A stretch of DNA of 64,000 bases, from positions 1,801,223 through 1,865,222 of the forward strand of contig OZ316892.1 in assembly GCA_973895155.1 (NCBI GenBank). Reading direction: 5' to 3'. Below, piece by piece: positions 1-12,752 of this stretch. How positions within the stretch are numbered: position 1 is the stretch's first letter; every line of letters starts with the position of its first letter. The position numbers were made by a program, and so were the translations under genes. Under the pieces are notes generated by a model, which saw nothing but the letters and a program-made list of their open reading frames with translations, did no database searches and was not told where the DNA came from. This DNA comes from Marsupella aquatica. Lineage: Eukaryota; Plantae; Marchantiophyta.

Positions 1-1657
1 GTTCAATACCATTGGACTCCCGTAAGACTTCCCCCTAAGACTTTACAAAGCATCTTAGTCGTGAGTACTATATTGTTAATCCGAAATACAGCAACAAAAA
101 TTCATGGGACATTGATGTCTCGTGAGCAATTTTTTAACAAGACTTTCACACAGCAACTTGGTTGTGAGTAGTATATCGTTATTGGAAAGTACAGCAGTGA
201 AAGCCCGTGTCACATGCAGGGTCTCTTCCAGCAATAGCTTCGACTTTATCCACAATGGGAAGTTCTAGAAAGAGAGCAACATTTATCCCATTTTGTTCTT
301 GATGAATTATAACACCCTGAAAACTTAACCCTGAACGTCTTGTGAGACGTGGGCTACCCAGTAGCCGTCGTACTTCCGAGTTTATTATACTCCAGTATCA
401 CGAAGAAACGAAGTGATTTGTTGGGTCCACGTCTCCACGGTAGTGTCTCACAAGGTCCTACCGGGGATTAAAGGGACTGCACGTATAGCCATTAACCTTC
501 GTGCAAAGATAACGAATAAAAATTCCAAATTATGCACGATAGGACATGTTTTCAAGATTTAAAAATTCGAAATGGCAGAAAACCTTAAACATTAGTCGAT
601 CAGTAATCAAATAACTATTCCAAACACAACAGTCATGCAAGCGATCATCATTACAATCACGGCTCGGAGGTCAAGACGATACTGACACTGCCATGTCTTT
701 TGTGTACATTGCATTCTTGTTAAGAATTGCACAAAAACGAATAGATGTAGATCAGACTTGGAGTTGTCATATTGGTTGTTTGCAGATTTAGTCATTTTGA
801 TACCAAGATACTACCCTAGGACTGTACGACAACGAGAATAAGATGCATAACTCGTATAAACTTTTCAACAATTCCAATTTTGCTCTTCAAAACAACAATA
901 GGTGTAAACAACTGTTGTTATCTACCATTTTCAAGTTGGCCTATTTAAGAATTATCCTCCTTGGCCCAATACTTAACGCTTGACCCAATTCTTCACTTTT
1001 GTTTCTCTCAAGTCCATCAGTACAAATTTTTCTAACCGTGCTATAAATTGACTTGGAAGATTGATAGAAACCCTGAAAGGAACTCATGCTCCCACTGCAA
1101 CCTGGTTCTTATACTGTGCTTTCAAAAACCGCAACCTTGGATGACGTGGAAAAGTTTTGGAAGTCCTCGGGTCAGTTTTGCTACAATTCAGGCCTGCATG
1201 AGTAAATAAAGCGAACACTAATATAAGGGGCTTGCATAACAAAAAGACTTGATATTCATGCAGATTTCTCTACGATCCCATCCACTCCAAACCCTGGAGA
1301 GAATGTATGCAGCAGCAGTGACGAAAAATATGGGTTTGACGTGAAGACACGAAAGTCGTTCTGCTCAAGAATCAATCAAAATGGAGATTCGAAGTCCACG
1401 GGGTTTTTCCGCTTTTCCTACTAAATTACTTTAGAGTACACTTTACAATCACTAAAGAACATAGGCATGCCACCTCACAGTCTGCATCAAGGAGTAAGAT
1501 TTGGACAGGATACAGACCAAAGGACTTTAGATTCAAGAGATATACTTTCCAGAAATAGTATTTACGCACCTTGCATGAGATTGTTTCCAAATGGACGTGT
1601 TTCCACATACCATTGGAGAACCAATTCACGACTTTCCAGAGCCAAGCCACAAGTTAC

Positions 1658-4197
1658 CTAGACTGCTCTTGCAATCCACCCAGGGACTGCAATCTTTGTC
1701 TCAATACCAAGCCGCTTCAGAAAGATGACATATAGAACGTGTAGCAGAAAAACAAAAGCTCCGCAATTGAGGAAGAGCTGCACAGAAATGATATCAGGGT
1801 AAGAGAGCAGATCTCAGGAGAAGTGAAACTAGATAGCAGCAAAGAGACAAAGGTCATCCAGCTGACAAAACTGTTTACAACAGAAACATACCAGAGCAGC
1901 AAAGACGAAGTAGATCATCAACATTGTCGGATAAAAGTTGATACCCAGAGCAGCCAACATGTACGACACTGAAGCGTGCGCGTTTATAGTGATCTAATCA
2001 TGACAAGAGGATTGTTGTTACATGCCTAGCAGATTGTGAAGAATTAGCACACAATCAAAAATCGACCACAACCTGGTATGCTCGAAAACAGTGATAGCAA
2101 GTATTAAATGATCCTTTCAAATAAGGACAAATGGGCCGTACCAACTCAAGAAGATTTTCTCTGAGTAACCATGAGGAGAGTAAGACAAACCCCACTGCTC
2201 CCAAACAACGCACCTGCAAGGGATAAGGAAGCATACCCCCTCAGAAATTACCACCACAAAAGACACCAACCTACGAAAACTTCTCTCCAGCAAAGCCCAC
2301 TTTCAGGACAGCAGCAAAACCGACAGCCTGTACATGTTATAATGTGTATAAGATCCAAACGATGAGACTTACCAGAGTGCATATCACTAAAGACGCCAAC
2401 CAGTTGACGTGCCATCTATTAGACATCAAGGAGGGTGGTCAGTATATGAAGTGAAGTTCAACAATATCACTTTCAAAGCACGACAATTTCCGGCTCAAGA
2501 CGAAAATAAATCAGATTTGACCACGTTCAGAAAGTAAGTCAGCCAAGGTTGCACTACTGCTTTCGAGTCTAGAATTTACGAGCTCTTCATATACAAGATA
2601 ACTTATCCATAACCTCTTCGATCAATTCAATGCTTGCTTTTTTTCAAATCAAAACAATACATAATTTGCAAGAAGAGGAGGTTATTACCTCCAAAGAGAC
2701 CCGATAGCCAGTCCGACAAAACCATGCATCAGCTGCAACAAGAAGCCACTGAGGATTCAGAGCTGATCCAGTAGATGAACATAAGACTCTGACTGGGTTA
2801 CTTAGCTTCCTTTATCAAATTGCGTTTGTCTGCTATCCTTTATTCCCAAGAGATGCAACACCCTTAGCCATCTTCACCTCCTCGACCAGCAGATTGGTAC
2901 ATTCCGACGAATTTGGTCACCCTAACACCAAAACATTCTAAACAGAGCGGGAATAAACTTCTGAGAAGGGACATAGTTCGAGTATGCAGCATCGAAAACT
3001 AACCAGGTAAGTTGCTGACTTCAATGGCCCGGAAAGCACTAATAGTAATATTGCGGTCGCGACCTGTTAAAAGAAGTTCAGCACTGCGTAAACAAATCGT
3101 CCTGGTTGACATACAAATCTGGCCAAATACGTGATTTTTCTGCCACTTTCCTTGTCTAGAGTGACTCTTCAAAAACATCACATCAGCTGAAACCATCATT
3201 TAGGTCGTTACGGTGCACGAACGAACCATTGTCTTCCTGCCAGCTGAGGCTCCCCATCTCATCGACGATATCACCACTGGCAGGGGGAAGAAGCAGCCAA
3301 GGTAGCCCTACAAAATACAAAACGAAGAACTCTCTTTACACAGCAGCCAGAATATTAACACTGGCAGAGCGAAGAAGCAGCCAATATAGCCCTACAAAAA
3401 CCAACACCAAGAACAGCCTTACACAGCACCCACTACAGGCTAGATCATAGACAGAGATACCTACAGTGCTCAGTAATCACTCGATATTCTCCAACAATAT
3501 CAAAGATCAAAATTCATTATCGTTAAAACACGGTTCAGAAGAGGGCAGGATCTTGGCACTGAGTTTGCTTATGTAAGAGATTCGTTGAGAAACAAAACCC
3601 CTTTTCTTAAATGTTGAAAAATTAGACTTCAAGAACACCCACAAGAAAGAGAAGGTTAGACAAAGGCAACTATCATTCTTTGATGGAATAGAACCAGAAG
3701 TGATCCGTGTCTCTGGAATTTATAACCTCCAGCCGAAAGAGATTGCTGAGGAAGAAGGCCAATCCCGCAGTCGCTGCAAGCATGGCACATTCCACCAGCC
3801 TCACAGTATTTTGAAGCTCGCTACCATCGCCAGTCAAAACACTTCCATCCACGGTTTGCTCCACTACTTTCTCATCGGAAGCTTCCGGACCCACAGCTAC
3901 CTTACGAACCAGGGAAATGCCTCGTTGCAAGCTCAACGACCTCGGCCTTGACGACCACCATGGAGCAAACCATGAAACAATTCCGGCTGAGATGTCACCC
4001 GTTAAAAGATTCTGTCGACCCGTACCCAGAAGTAATGGCACTCGATCTGATTGTACAGAAGAGCATTTTGTCAACTTCAACCTTCCTCCACCTAAACGCG
4101 GAACTTGCACATGAGACAGCCTTCCAGCCACACCATTGTCGACACGTCGGCAAGGAGAGCGCGCATAGCCCAGATTGAGAGAATTAATTGCCTCCAT
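1658..4197 (-). CDS. DUF2232-family membrane protein, probably plastid-targeted (At1g26180-like), 8 coding exons
   Basis: GT-AG exons read by hand: 4197-3727 (MEAINSLNLG...LVECAMLAATAGLAFFLSNLFRLE), 3307-3227 (GYLGCFFPLPVVISSMRWGASAGRKTM), 3063-3004 (VATAILLLVLSGPLKSATYL), 2732-2689 (LMHGFVGLAIGSLW), 2415-2373 (WHVNWLASLVICTL), 2213-2142 (VRCLGAVGFVLLSSWLLRENLLEL), 1993-1892 (ITINAHASVSY...), 1777-1658 (LFLNCGAFVFLLHVLY...PGWIARAV*). Phases are consistent and the N-terminus is S/R-rich like a transit peptide. 5'UTR exon(s) probably lie at ~5.0-5.3 kb. Confidence 0.9.
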
Positions 4198-5743
4198 CTG
4201 CATGCGACTAACCTTCGACAATCAGAATTCAATTATAAGAGCCCTAACAAATGGCCTTGATCAAGGACTTACGCCAATAGCAATATGCTGGGCACGACAG
4301 GTGGTCTACTTTGGCCAAAACATCCTTCAAATCAAGAGCCGCAGAATGTCCTGGAGCATCAAAAGTCTCACTTTTCCTGAGTTGCGGTAGTCCGAAAGCC
4401 TCCTACATAGTGCAGTATGAGTACGAATTCATCCATAACGACTATCCTAGAAAACCCCTGAACCCTGTCAGCACTTCAAAACGTCCCGCTAGAGGGTAGT
4501 CCCAGAACTGAAAGACAAATAGAAAGGCCCGACTTTTGTAATCCAAGCCAAACGGCCTAAAGAGGCATTGTACCGCATTTCACCTCAATCTTCACGCATT
4601 TGACCTTTCCGTAATAATGCTGGAAACAAGAAACAGGGTAAGAAATAAGTACGACAAACTGGTTCCTCTCTGCTTTTCTGGACGAGCGACAGTGAATACA
4701 GCAGCCAAATAGGACATGCTTGACACGCCAGCTATGAGATGTGTCATAAAACATCCATAAACTACGATTAGAATGACGAAACAGGATCCATGTTGAAATT
4801 ATAAAAGACTTCAAATCTGGGTTTTTAAGGTAGGCAGCAGTTAAGCAAGGTAAGACGAAAATTCCCGTTTCAAAGAAGCTCTAAATCTCAATAACTCCTT
4901 CTAGTGAATACATCTGGAGATCTAACCAACGACCGGGCAAGTCCGTTAAGAATGGGGCACGAGCGAATTTTCTTCCTTGACAATTTTCGAACTGCGAGAC
5001 GAATTCGCCATTTTCTGCACATACCCTTGATGAGAACTCACTCGAATGACTCGTTCCATCGAACCACGAGAGGCATCCCTCTTCTTTCTTCCGCCTTCCC
5101 TTTGTGCCAATGGAAATTCTTCCAATTTGACAGCTTTACACACTCCCACTCATCAGCACTCACTCGCTCCAGAATCTCCCACGCCGGCCCACGCCATTCA
5201 TTCGGGAAGGGTGTACTAACGATGACGAAGATGGAACGAGCGATTTTGGAGTTGCAGACTGTGGAGCACGGAGCTCGACTGTAGCCAGTCCGAAACGAAA
5301 GTGGTCCATAGCCATGGGGTTCTATCGAGACATTTTAGGATCCTATCCAAGCACAAAGGTTTGGATGGAGATCACATCTAAGCTTATGACTCTAGATATT
5401 TGACACACTGTTACGCGGCGGCGAAATTAAAATGTAGCCTCTTGAGTACCGGTTGAAGACGGGGAGGATAGGAGATGGAGGCACTATACAAGCATCTCAC
5501 TCCTGGGTCTGTACCCACTCTGACGATGTCCATGAATCTAGTTGTTATCTCCACTTTCGACTGAAATAGAATGACTGGAGGAGAATGTTGTTGTTATAAA
5601 TGTCTCCTCCCCTGCAACCATTCATGGTCATCAAGACGGGTTGGGAGGAAGACGAATTCGAGGAAGGAAAATTGTGTGACTGATGCTGACGAAGAGCCTG
5701 TTCGACTTTTCTGTCTAGCCTGAATCTGGCAATGTGTAACGCA

Positions 5744-8115
5744 ATGGCTGCAGCAACAGGGTTGCAAACGCAATTCATCAATTTTGCTGAGTCATCTGCT
5801 GCTCGTGCTTCTGCTCGTGCTTCTGCTCAAAGGCAGCTGAAGATCTTCTTCGGACGTCCTCTCCTTTCTCGTCTTCGACCGAGCGAAATTAGAGTTGAGA
5901 AGCTCAACAGAAGAGTGGCTGTTGGGCGCCCCATAATAATCAACAGTAGCAGCGGCTCCGGCGGGGAAGCTTTACCATTGCCAAATCCAGCGCCAGAGCC
6001 GAAACAGAGCGCCTGGAGTGAAGCATTGGGTCGTCTGTATGGATCGCAGGCGCCTCCCTGTCTCAGCGACATCGTGTGGCCGTCACTAGGTCGGTTCTGT
6101 TCTCACTTTGTGGACTCAGACATCGACAGGGGTAAATGATTGGCCTTCCAATAGAGTAGCTGATAATGTCGGAGATGATTTCGCTTTTGATTCTGATCAT
6201 GCTACCTGTGTACGTTTTTTGGACTCCGGGGTGTAATTGCCCCTCTGTGTTCGAAGGATTGCGTTCACTGGGTCACCGAATTTGGAAGTCTCAACGAGTC
6301 GGATGTTTTGCAGTCTCTTCAGTTTCTATTCATCAAGCTTCTCATGGCGTAATTGTTGACAATTATGTGAGTGGAAATTCCGGGTTGAAGCTGTGGAGAT
6401 ACAATTCGTTAGCTCCAAATTTTGGCTGATTTTGATTTCTATTGTAGCCTTCTGTTGCTCAACAATTGAAGGACTTCACTTGTTTAGTTTGTTTGCTATT
6501 TCGCGACGTCTGGGAATGACGTTCAAGTTTAAGACAAGATTCCTACCCTTTATATTCTCATAAGGAAGACATGAAAAGATTTTTGTACTTGTCACATGCG
6601 GTGGACAAGATTCCTACCCTTTAGCAAATTCTCATAGGGAAGACATGAAAAGAGTTTTGTACTTGTGACATGCGGTGGCACTTGAGCAGCGTCTAAGTTA
6701 GTGAGTGACTTCAACTGTTCCTTGGGCTGGACGTTCTGAACGGCAAAGCAACATTGAAAACATGGGGGACCACGCGCTAACGTCTGACGGCGATGGGTCT
6801 GGTTGGGCTAGAACTACGCTGAACTGAAATGAGGTTGTTGTGGCTTCTGTAGGTGGGTTTGTGGCAATGGCAGTGATGGGTTACGTGGATACGTTGCTGG
6901 CTCCCAAGGGTCTCAACATCACACTGGGGTCGTTCGGAGCAGTTTGTGTACTACTGTTTGCAGCTCCCAAGTCGCCAGTGTCACAGGTGGGTGTGGGTAG
7001 TCGGTGCTGCTGCTAACTGTAAGTACAGCAGATGCAAGGAAGCAAACAGCGCATTTTAGACAAATTAGATAAGAAAGTATGTGCAGGAGGTCAACCAAAA
7101 CCAGTCATGGCCGACATGCAGTGGTGATGATCTTCCTTGCAGAAGTACAATGTCTTTGTCGCCCACTTGGGATGTGCTGCGTTAGGAGTCGCTGCACTCG
7201 CCATATTTGGGCCAGGCTGGGTTGCCAGGGCGGTGGCATTGGCGGCAGCTATTGCATTTATGCAGTTCACTGGCTCCTTGCATCCTCCTGGTACGTTTTC
7301 TTCTCCTGTAGCGCAACTACACCCTTCTCAGACCTTCAATGGAGTGGGACCGTTTTGAACTTCTAATGTGCATACCTGCCGTCAGGTGGTTTGAGATATC
7401 TATGATTGCACTTTTTTTCAGCTTAGCTTCACATGGGGTGATACAAGTATATAAGTATATCACCTGGAAAGTGGGGCGGGTCTGTTGCTTACTATCAACT
7501 ATGGTGTGGAAGACAGCTGCAGGCTTACCATTGATACTAATTGACGGGCAAAAAATGCATCATCTCCAATGGTGGTTTGTGATTTATCCTGGATGCGTCG
7601 GTTGCATATTTCTCTTCCTCCTGGTGCGCTTATCTGACCCTCGGGCATAATTCCTGATTTGCAGTTGTCTTTTATTGAGTTTGCAAAGTATAACACGTTT
7701 CCTACTGCAAACAACACAGCAAAATTGTGTCAAGTGGGAAGACGTCCTGTGTGCAACCGATTGGTACTCAGATGTCCATGATTCCAGATTTGTTATTCCC
7801 AACTCTGAAGTACTTGGATCTAATTTGTTGACGAGGAGCTCATCCAATAAGAATTGTTTCTCACGCGTGCTTCGCCTCATCGAATTCGATGCTGGAATGT
7901 AACTTTAGAGCCCCCATTTTGAAAATTGAAATTCTCTATACAAGGAGGTGTCCTGTTTCGAATACTTTATACACTGAGTTGTCCTGTTTAAATTCCCCAG
8001 TCCTTCCGTTCTTCTCTTGCTGAAACCTTTTGTGTGGGTCTTAATTTGGCGTCGACTCTTTCGTGATTTGCAGCAAGAAGCGGTGGTTTTTCTGAGGGAC
8101 AACTGGAGATTTTAA
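5744..8115 (+). CDS. HPP-family integral membrane protein (plastid nitrite transporter NITR2-like), 5 exons
   Basis: Exons 5744-6089 (transit peptide...LSDIVWPSLG), 6853-6986 (GFVAMAVMG...GSFGAVCVLLFAAPKSPVSQ), 7143-7290 (KYNVFVAHLGC...TGSLHPP), 7517-7623 (AAGLPLILIDG...), 8074-8115 (QEAVVFLRDNWRF*). Diagnostic HPPA motif; canonical splice sites in frame. Confidence 0.92.
6533..6680. repeat. ~72-bp tandem duplication in HPP intron 1
   Basis: GACAAGATTCCTACCCTTTA...GAAGACATGAAAAGA.TTTTGTACTTGT.ACATGCGGTGG occurs twice in tandem. Confidence 0.85.
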
Positions 8116-9213
8116 TCAAGAAATTCTCCACAAAGTGAATGAAGATGATACACGAAATTTGTCCCTCTTCTTATGACGAATTTTGGGTTCTCATGTTAAT
8201 TGTAACATCGAAAACTACTGTATTCCTCGTCAGGACTCAGGTCCAACAGCAAGTGATTGTTATTGACGTAGCATGCCTGTCATAGGCTCTAAATTTGGAG
8301 AGTTCCTAGGATGATTCTCAGAGAGAGCCAGGAAATTATTTTTTCGTCTCCATGTTCTATACAGTGGAAGCTAATATGAGTTCAAGAGTAGAAAGTACTC
8401 ACTAATGGACCGCCCTGGTGCTCAAGGGTACAAAGTACTCAACAGTCGAAGCTGAGAGAACCTGGGTTTCTTCTATAGATCTAGGAGATCTAGGAGATCC
8501 AGGTGATTCTTTATATGTATGCATTGTTTTATTGTGTTCGTGTCCCCTGACTGTACGTATGGCTGTTTGTCCGATTCATAACCTGGCTTGCGAGGGCACA
8601 ACCCCTTCAATTTTCTAAACATGTGAGCAAGGCAGACTGGGATCCGACATCACATGCATGCAATTGAGAATTGGGTCTCTGTGAGTGAGTTGTACTGCCT
8701 GCAAGAATAGAAGGCCTGATTAGGTCATTCGTCATGACAATCAGAACCTCGTTCTTGGTACATCTCTCACGAATTGATCTTGGCGTTAAAATTGCTCAGA
8801 CGTTCGGTGCAATCAATGCATGGAGTTCTACACTACAGTACAGGCGTCTCTAGGAACACCGTATCGCACAGAAGACATTTTCAACTTTGTGGGCGATGGT
8901 CCGAGGTAGTAGCTATTTGGCAACGCTGTCTGCCACCACCATTTCTGAGACTAAACAGGAGCCATGGTATTTGGAAAGTAAATATATCACACTGCACAAA
9001 GGCAGAAAACGCCGAACCAGACATGATCCCAAAGACAAAGCGATCCCAAAGACAAAGCAACCCCAATGAAGGGGAGGAAAAGAAGGAAAAGGGCCCCAAG
9101 AAAGTACCAACATATCCTTCAAATCTTCTCAATATGATCGTCTCTGACCGATCAAAGTGACCAAAAATTGCGTTGGAGCAAAACGCTCCTGCACTTAGCA
9201 AAACGTGATAAAA

Positions 9214-9286
9214 CGACCATACTGGGGATCGAACCCAGAATCTCCAGCTCCGTAGGCTGGCGCCTTATCCATTGGGCCATACGGTC
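9214..9286 (-). tRNA. tRNA-Arg(ACG): tRNA-Arg (anticodon ACG)
   Basis: Reverse complement GACCGTATGGCCCAATGGATAAGGCGCCAGCCTACGGAGCTGGAGATTCTGGGTTCGATCCCCAGTATGGTCG is a 73-nt cloverleaf with anticodon arm CCAGC-CTACGGA-GCTGG, A and B boxes, and TTTT immediately downstream. Confidence 0.97.
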
Positions 9287-10464
9287 AATTACTCATCGTC
9301 ACATTGCAAATTTGGTATTTACTGTGTGCCAAACTTCTTCTTGGTCATGCCTTGATGCCTTCCTTGTGAGCGTTCTTTTGTATTTTCTTTGAAGGTTATG
9401 GGACATAACCCCCTTGTCATCCTGGCCTCAAGATTAGATGTTTTATATCTCTATGTTAGTGGCACAGATAGAGGTTGGGACTCCTCCAAAACATAGTTTT
9501 CACTGACTCACTCAGGTTACCCACAGGCTGTTCAGGGGGTCATGGACTGTAACCACACCCCATAACCCCCTCTAGCCCATGGGTTACCCTACACTTAATC
9601 CCCTCTTCTACGTAGTCTTCTTGATATCACAGTGAGTCTGAGGCGTGATAGTTTTTTGCGTCTCCTGTAGTGAAGGGCCGTTTCTTTACACTTTTTTTTA
9701 CATCCATTCAAATATCAACAATCCAAATCACATACCAGAAAAACAAAAGTTTGAGTGTTTATGGAAGGCAAACTTGGGGGTTCTCAGTATATGAAACCAA
9801 TCCAAACATTGACTATAGACAAAATAGAGAGCAACGAATCAATGAAATGGATTAGCAAGCAAAAAAACAGTGCCAAACTGAAACAAAATAGGACGAATAA
9901 GACCATAAAATAGATCCCAGACCCAATACTGCAGTTATGAGAAAACGTTGTTGAATGCTCACTCGTGCTAGCCACATTGTGTGCAGCCCAATTACAATTA
10001 TGATTTGATGTAACTAACCAGCCTGGCTCGAATTGTTTCAAGGATCCTTCGGCGCACAGGGAGGCTTTTGTCTATGATGTGATCAAGGAAACCACTCTGC
10101 CTTTGATCATCTCGGTTGCCCAGCAGAATTGGCCAGAAGGAAAACAGCTGTCTATTCAATTAGCTGTTCTTGAACCCGTCTAACACCAGCACGCCAATGT
10201 GGCAGAGCAGCAATTGTGAGCTATACTACCTCTGTGCTGTTGTGAGCTGAGGTATAGAATAGCTAATAGTTTGCTCAGATATTATTGGGGTGTATAGTAC
10301 CTCTGTGCTATTGTGAGCTGAGTAGAATACCTTAACGATTGTGAAATGGGGCGAGCTTGTCAATATGCTCTTAGTCGCCCTAGTGTAAATGGTCAGGTCA
10401 CATACACTGGTAAGTTTCCTGTCAAAGGCAGTCAGTAGATTCACCTGAAACGCATAAGACAGTC

Positions 10465-12049
10465 TCAAGCTTTCCTCTTGCTAGAGAGCCTCCAGCTTCT
10501 TCTTAACCACTTTGATGTTTCCTCCTCGGATATTCCTGTTCTCAAGTTTGACCGAAATCTACTACAGTGCAAATTTTGAGACGTTCTTCGCTTGAACACT
10601 CTCACCGATCAAGTTGGAAGCAAGTTAAGTGATCTCACTCAAACGGAAACCCCTTATTACTCCGCCTCTGAAGGGCCACAAGCACTTGACTTCATTGTTG
10701 GTACATCATTTGAAGATAACTAACAGACTACACGTCATCACAAACGGCGGACAGACAAATTTAAATACAAAAATATGCCATTGCCCATGTCCAGATATCC
10801 CAGAATGCCATTTTGGGATGCCATTCCTTAAGACTATCCTCTATGTGGGTGTGGATTTGGACTTAGATAAATGAACGACTGACTAGCATGTCCACGTGGA
10901 ACTAGGTGGACCACAGGACGAATAAACAAAGGCCACTCATAGACCATGCAGGTAGCGCAGCAAAGCAAACAGAAGAGTAAGAAGTTGGAAGATTAGACTG
11001 CCTAAGAAATTGCCAGGAACCACTATTTGCACGAGAAGCGTACTCTGCGTAACGATTGTGAATTACCCGCGTCACAGTTACATACTGCTGGGAGGTTTCC
11101 AAAGTAAGCCCTAGATTCTGCCTTATTGCAAAACGTCCGGCTTCCCCAATCTCGTTAGCCCACTTTCGGCGTATCTACTAAATTCTACTATTTCCTGGAC
11201 CTGAAACTATATAGAGTCTCCCAACTCCATAAACTGCTGTCTTCAAGGCCCTTTTGGCCCGTGTGCACATTCTCAGTTCCGGTGAGCGAGTTGCGACTTG
11301 CTCCAAGAATTATTAATTTCCTGCAGTGGAGCTGAAATGCGGGGATACCCGACATAGATACACTTCTAGTTGAAACTAGAGACAACTGAGAAAAAGATGT
11401 CATCTTTCTTTCCAATGACAGGAGCACCAATGTGGTGTAATTCGTGCCACTATGGTCTGCATTTGCAGGTGGCAACGGTCTCCGGGCACAAGGCCATTCT
11501 CATCAATTTCCTTCAGTCCCCCACGTCCTTTGATGCCCGGTAAATTTCTAGCCAGCTCTACTCAATCGGTGCACCGTAAATAGATTCTCTCGGGTAGCAA
11601 CTACCTGCGAAGGAGTGAAGTCCACTCACTGGTTTACAATAACATAAGACCTAATGATTACGCCATCAACAGAGATGACGCAACAATGCATCGTCTACAT
11701 GTAAAAACTTCTCCCCGTGCTTTCCACAAACATATTGGACTTCTGTGGGGCTTTATCGAACAACCAGTAGACCTGCTCGTGCGACTCTGGTACAAATAAA
11801 TCGCCTTCCAAGACCCTCGGTCAGCTTTTGGGAAATCCAACGGAGGATAACTTAAGATTGCTCTCTCCTCTGCCTGTATGGAAACTGTGAGGCCTAATCA
11901 CAACACTCCACCTCCAGGCAGATTCAACCACAGCTAACCTAACAGGCTTCTTGAGCACCTGCCTTCTCGTATTTTTCGTACTGCTTACAAAGTTTCCTAA
12001 GGATAGCTGTAGGGTGCTGCATTTCATTGAGCTTTATATCCCTGGACAT
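10465..12049 (-). CDS. Candidate small multi-exon gene of unknown function (micro-exons; model uncertain)
   Basis: Series of short AG/GT-bounded segments: MSRDIKLNEMQHPTAILRKLCKQYEKYEKA (12049-11959), SHEQ, TMHCCVISVDG, VVATRENLFT, EINNSW, SRAYFGNLPA, RRSNKGFPF, and a terminal exon at ~10.47-10.56 kb whose frame is ambiguous. A telo-box lies upstream. No family recognised. Confidence 0.35.
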
Positions 12050-12741
12050 GGCCTGTACAGCAGGTGCAGCTTGTTAGAGCCTTGAACCCAAGACAAGACC
12101 ACAAAATGACACAAAGATCTGCTTGAAGGCTCCGCCAATAGTTCAAAGGAAGGGCTGTAGGCCACCTTGAAATCATGCTCTCCGCAGACTATGACCGTCT
12201 TCAGCAATCTCAAAAACCGGCAACTAAGGCTATAGGCCAACTGGAAATCACGCTCTCACCAGAGTAAAGACTATCTTTATCACATCTCGAAAAATCGCAA
12301 CTGATTCAGGTCAGGGCATATGAGACAAGATAAGTACCGCATAGTTGTCCCCATATTTTTGGATAAGACGACCCACGTACACTCTTTGCATCTTGGTGAG
12401 TCGTTGTAAAGGCGCTTTTTTCCCGTCCTTTCGTAATTTATTCAAAGCAGTTCGCACGTCTGCATACACTAAAAGCGCATGAAAATCCCAGACAAAAAAT
12501 CCAAAGAATTGAAAACTAAAATACCATCACCGCCGACGCGCCAAAACGATCTCAAGTGTTGCCATCGAGACAATTGAGTGTCTAAATCTACTCTAGACCG
12601 AACTATACATATAGTCGTGAAAGACGCGCTGTTGGAAGTATTGGCGAAGACGCAGGTGCAGGTCGACTTCTGTCTATGAGCTTCAAGTCATCGAAGCACC
12701 GATCATTTCACAGCACATACCCAAGGCAGCGGAAGGAGAGC

Positions 12742-12752
12742 AGGGTTTAGGG
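12742..12752 (-). promoter_or_regulatory. Telo-box (CCCTAAACCCT)
   Basis: AGGGTTTAGGG on +; a typical plant 5'-region motif, oriented with the candidate minus-strand gene. Confidence 0.45.

Noticed and set aside
313-337. CTTAACCCTGAAC resembling the plant telomerase RNA template region
   Set aside because: Mismatch within the CTAAACCCT template, and no clear USE/TATA spacing or G-rich 5' P1 strand.
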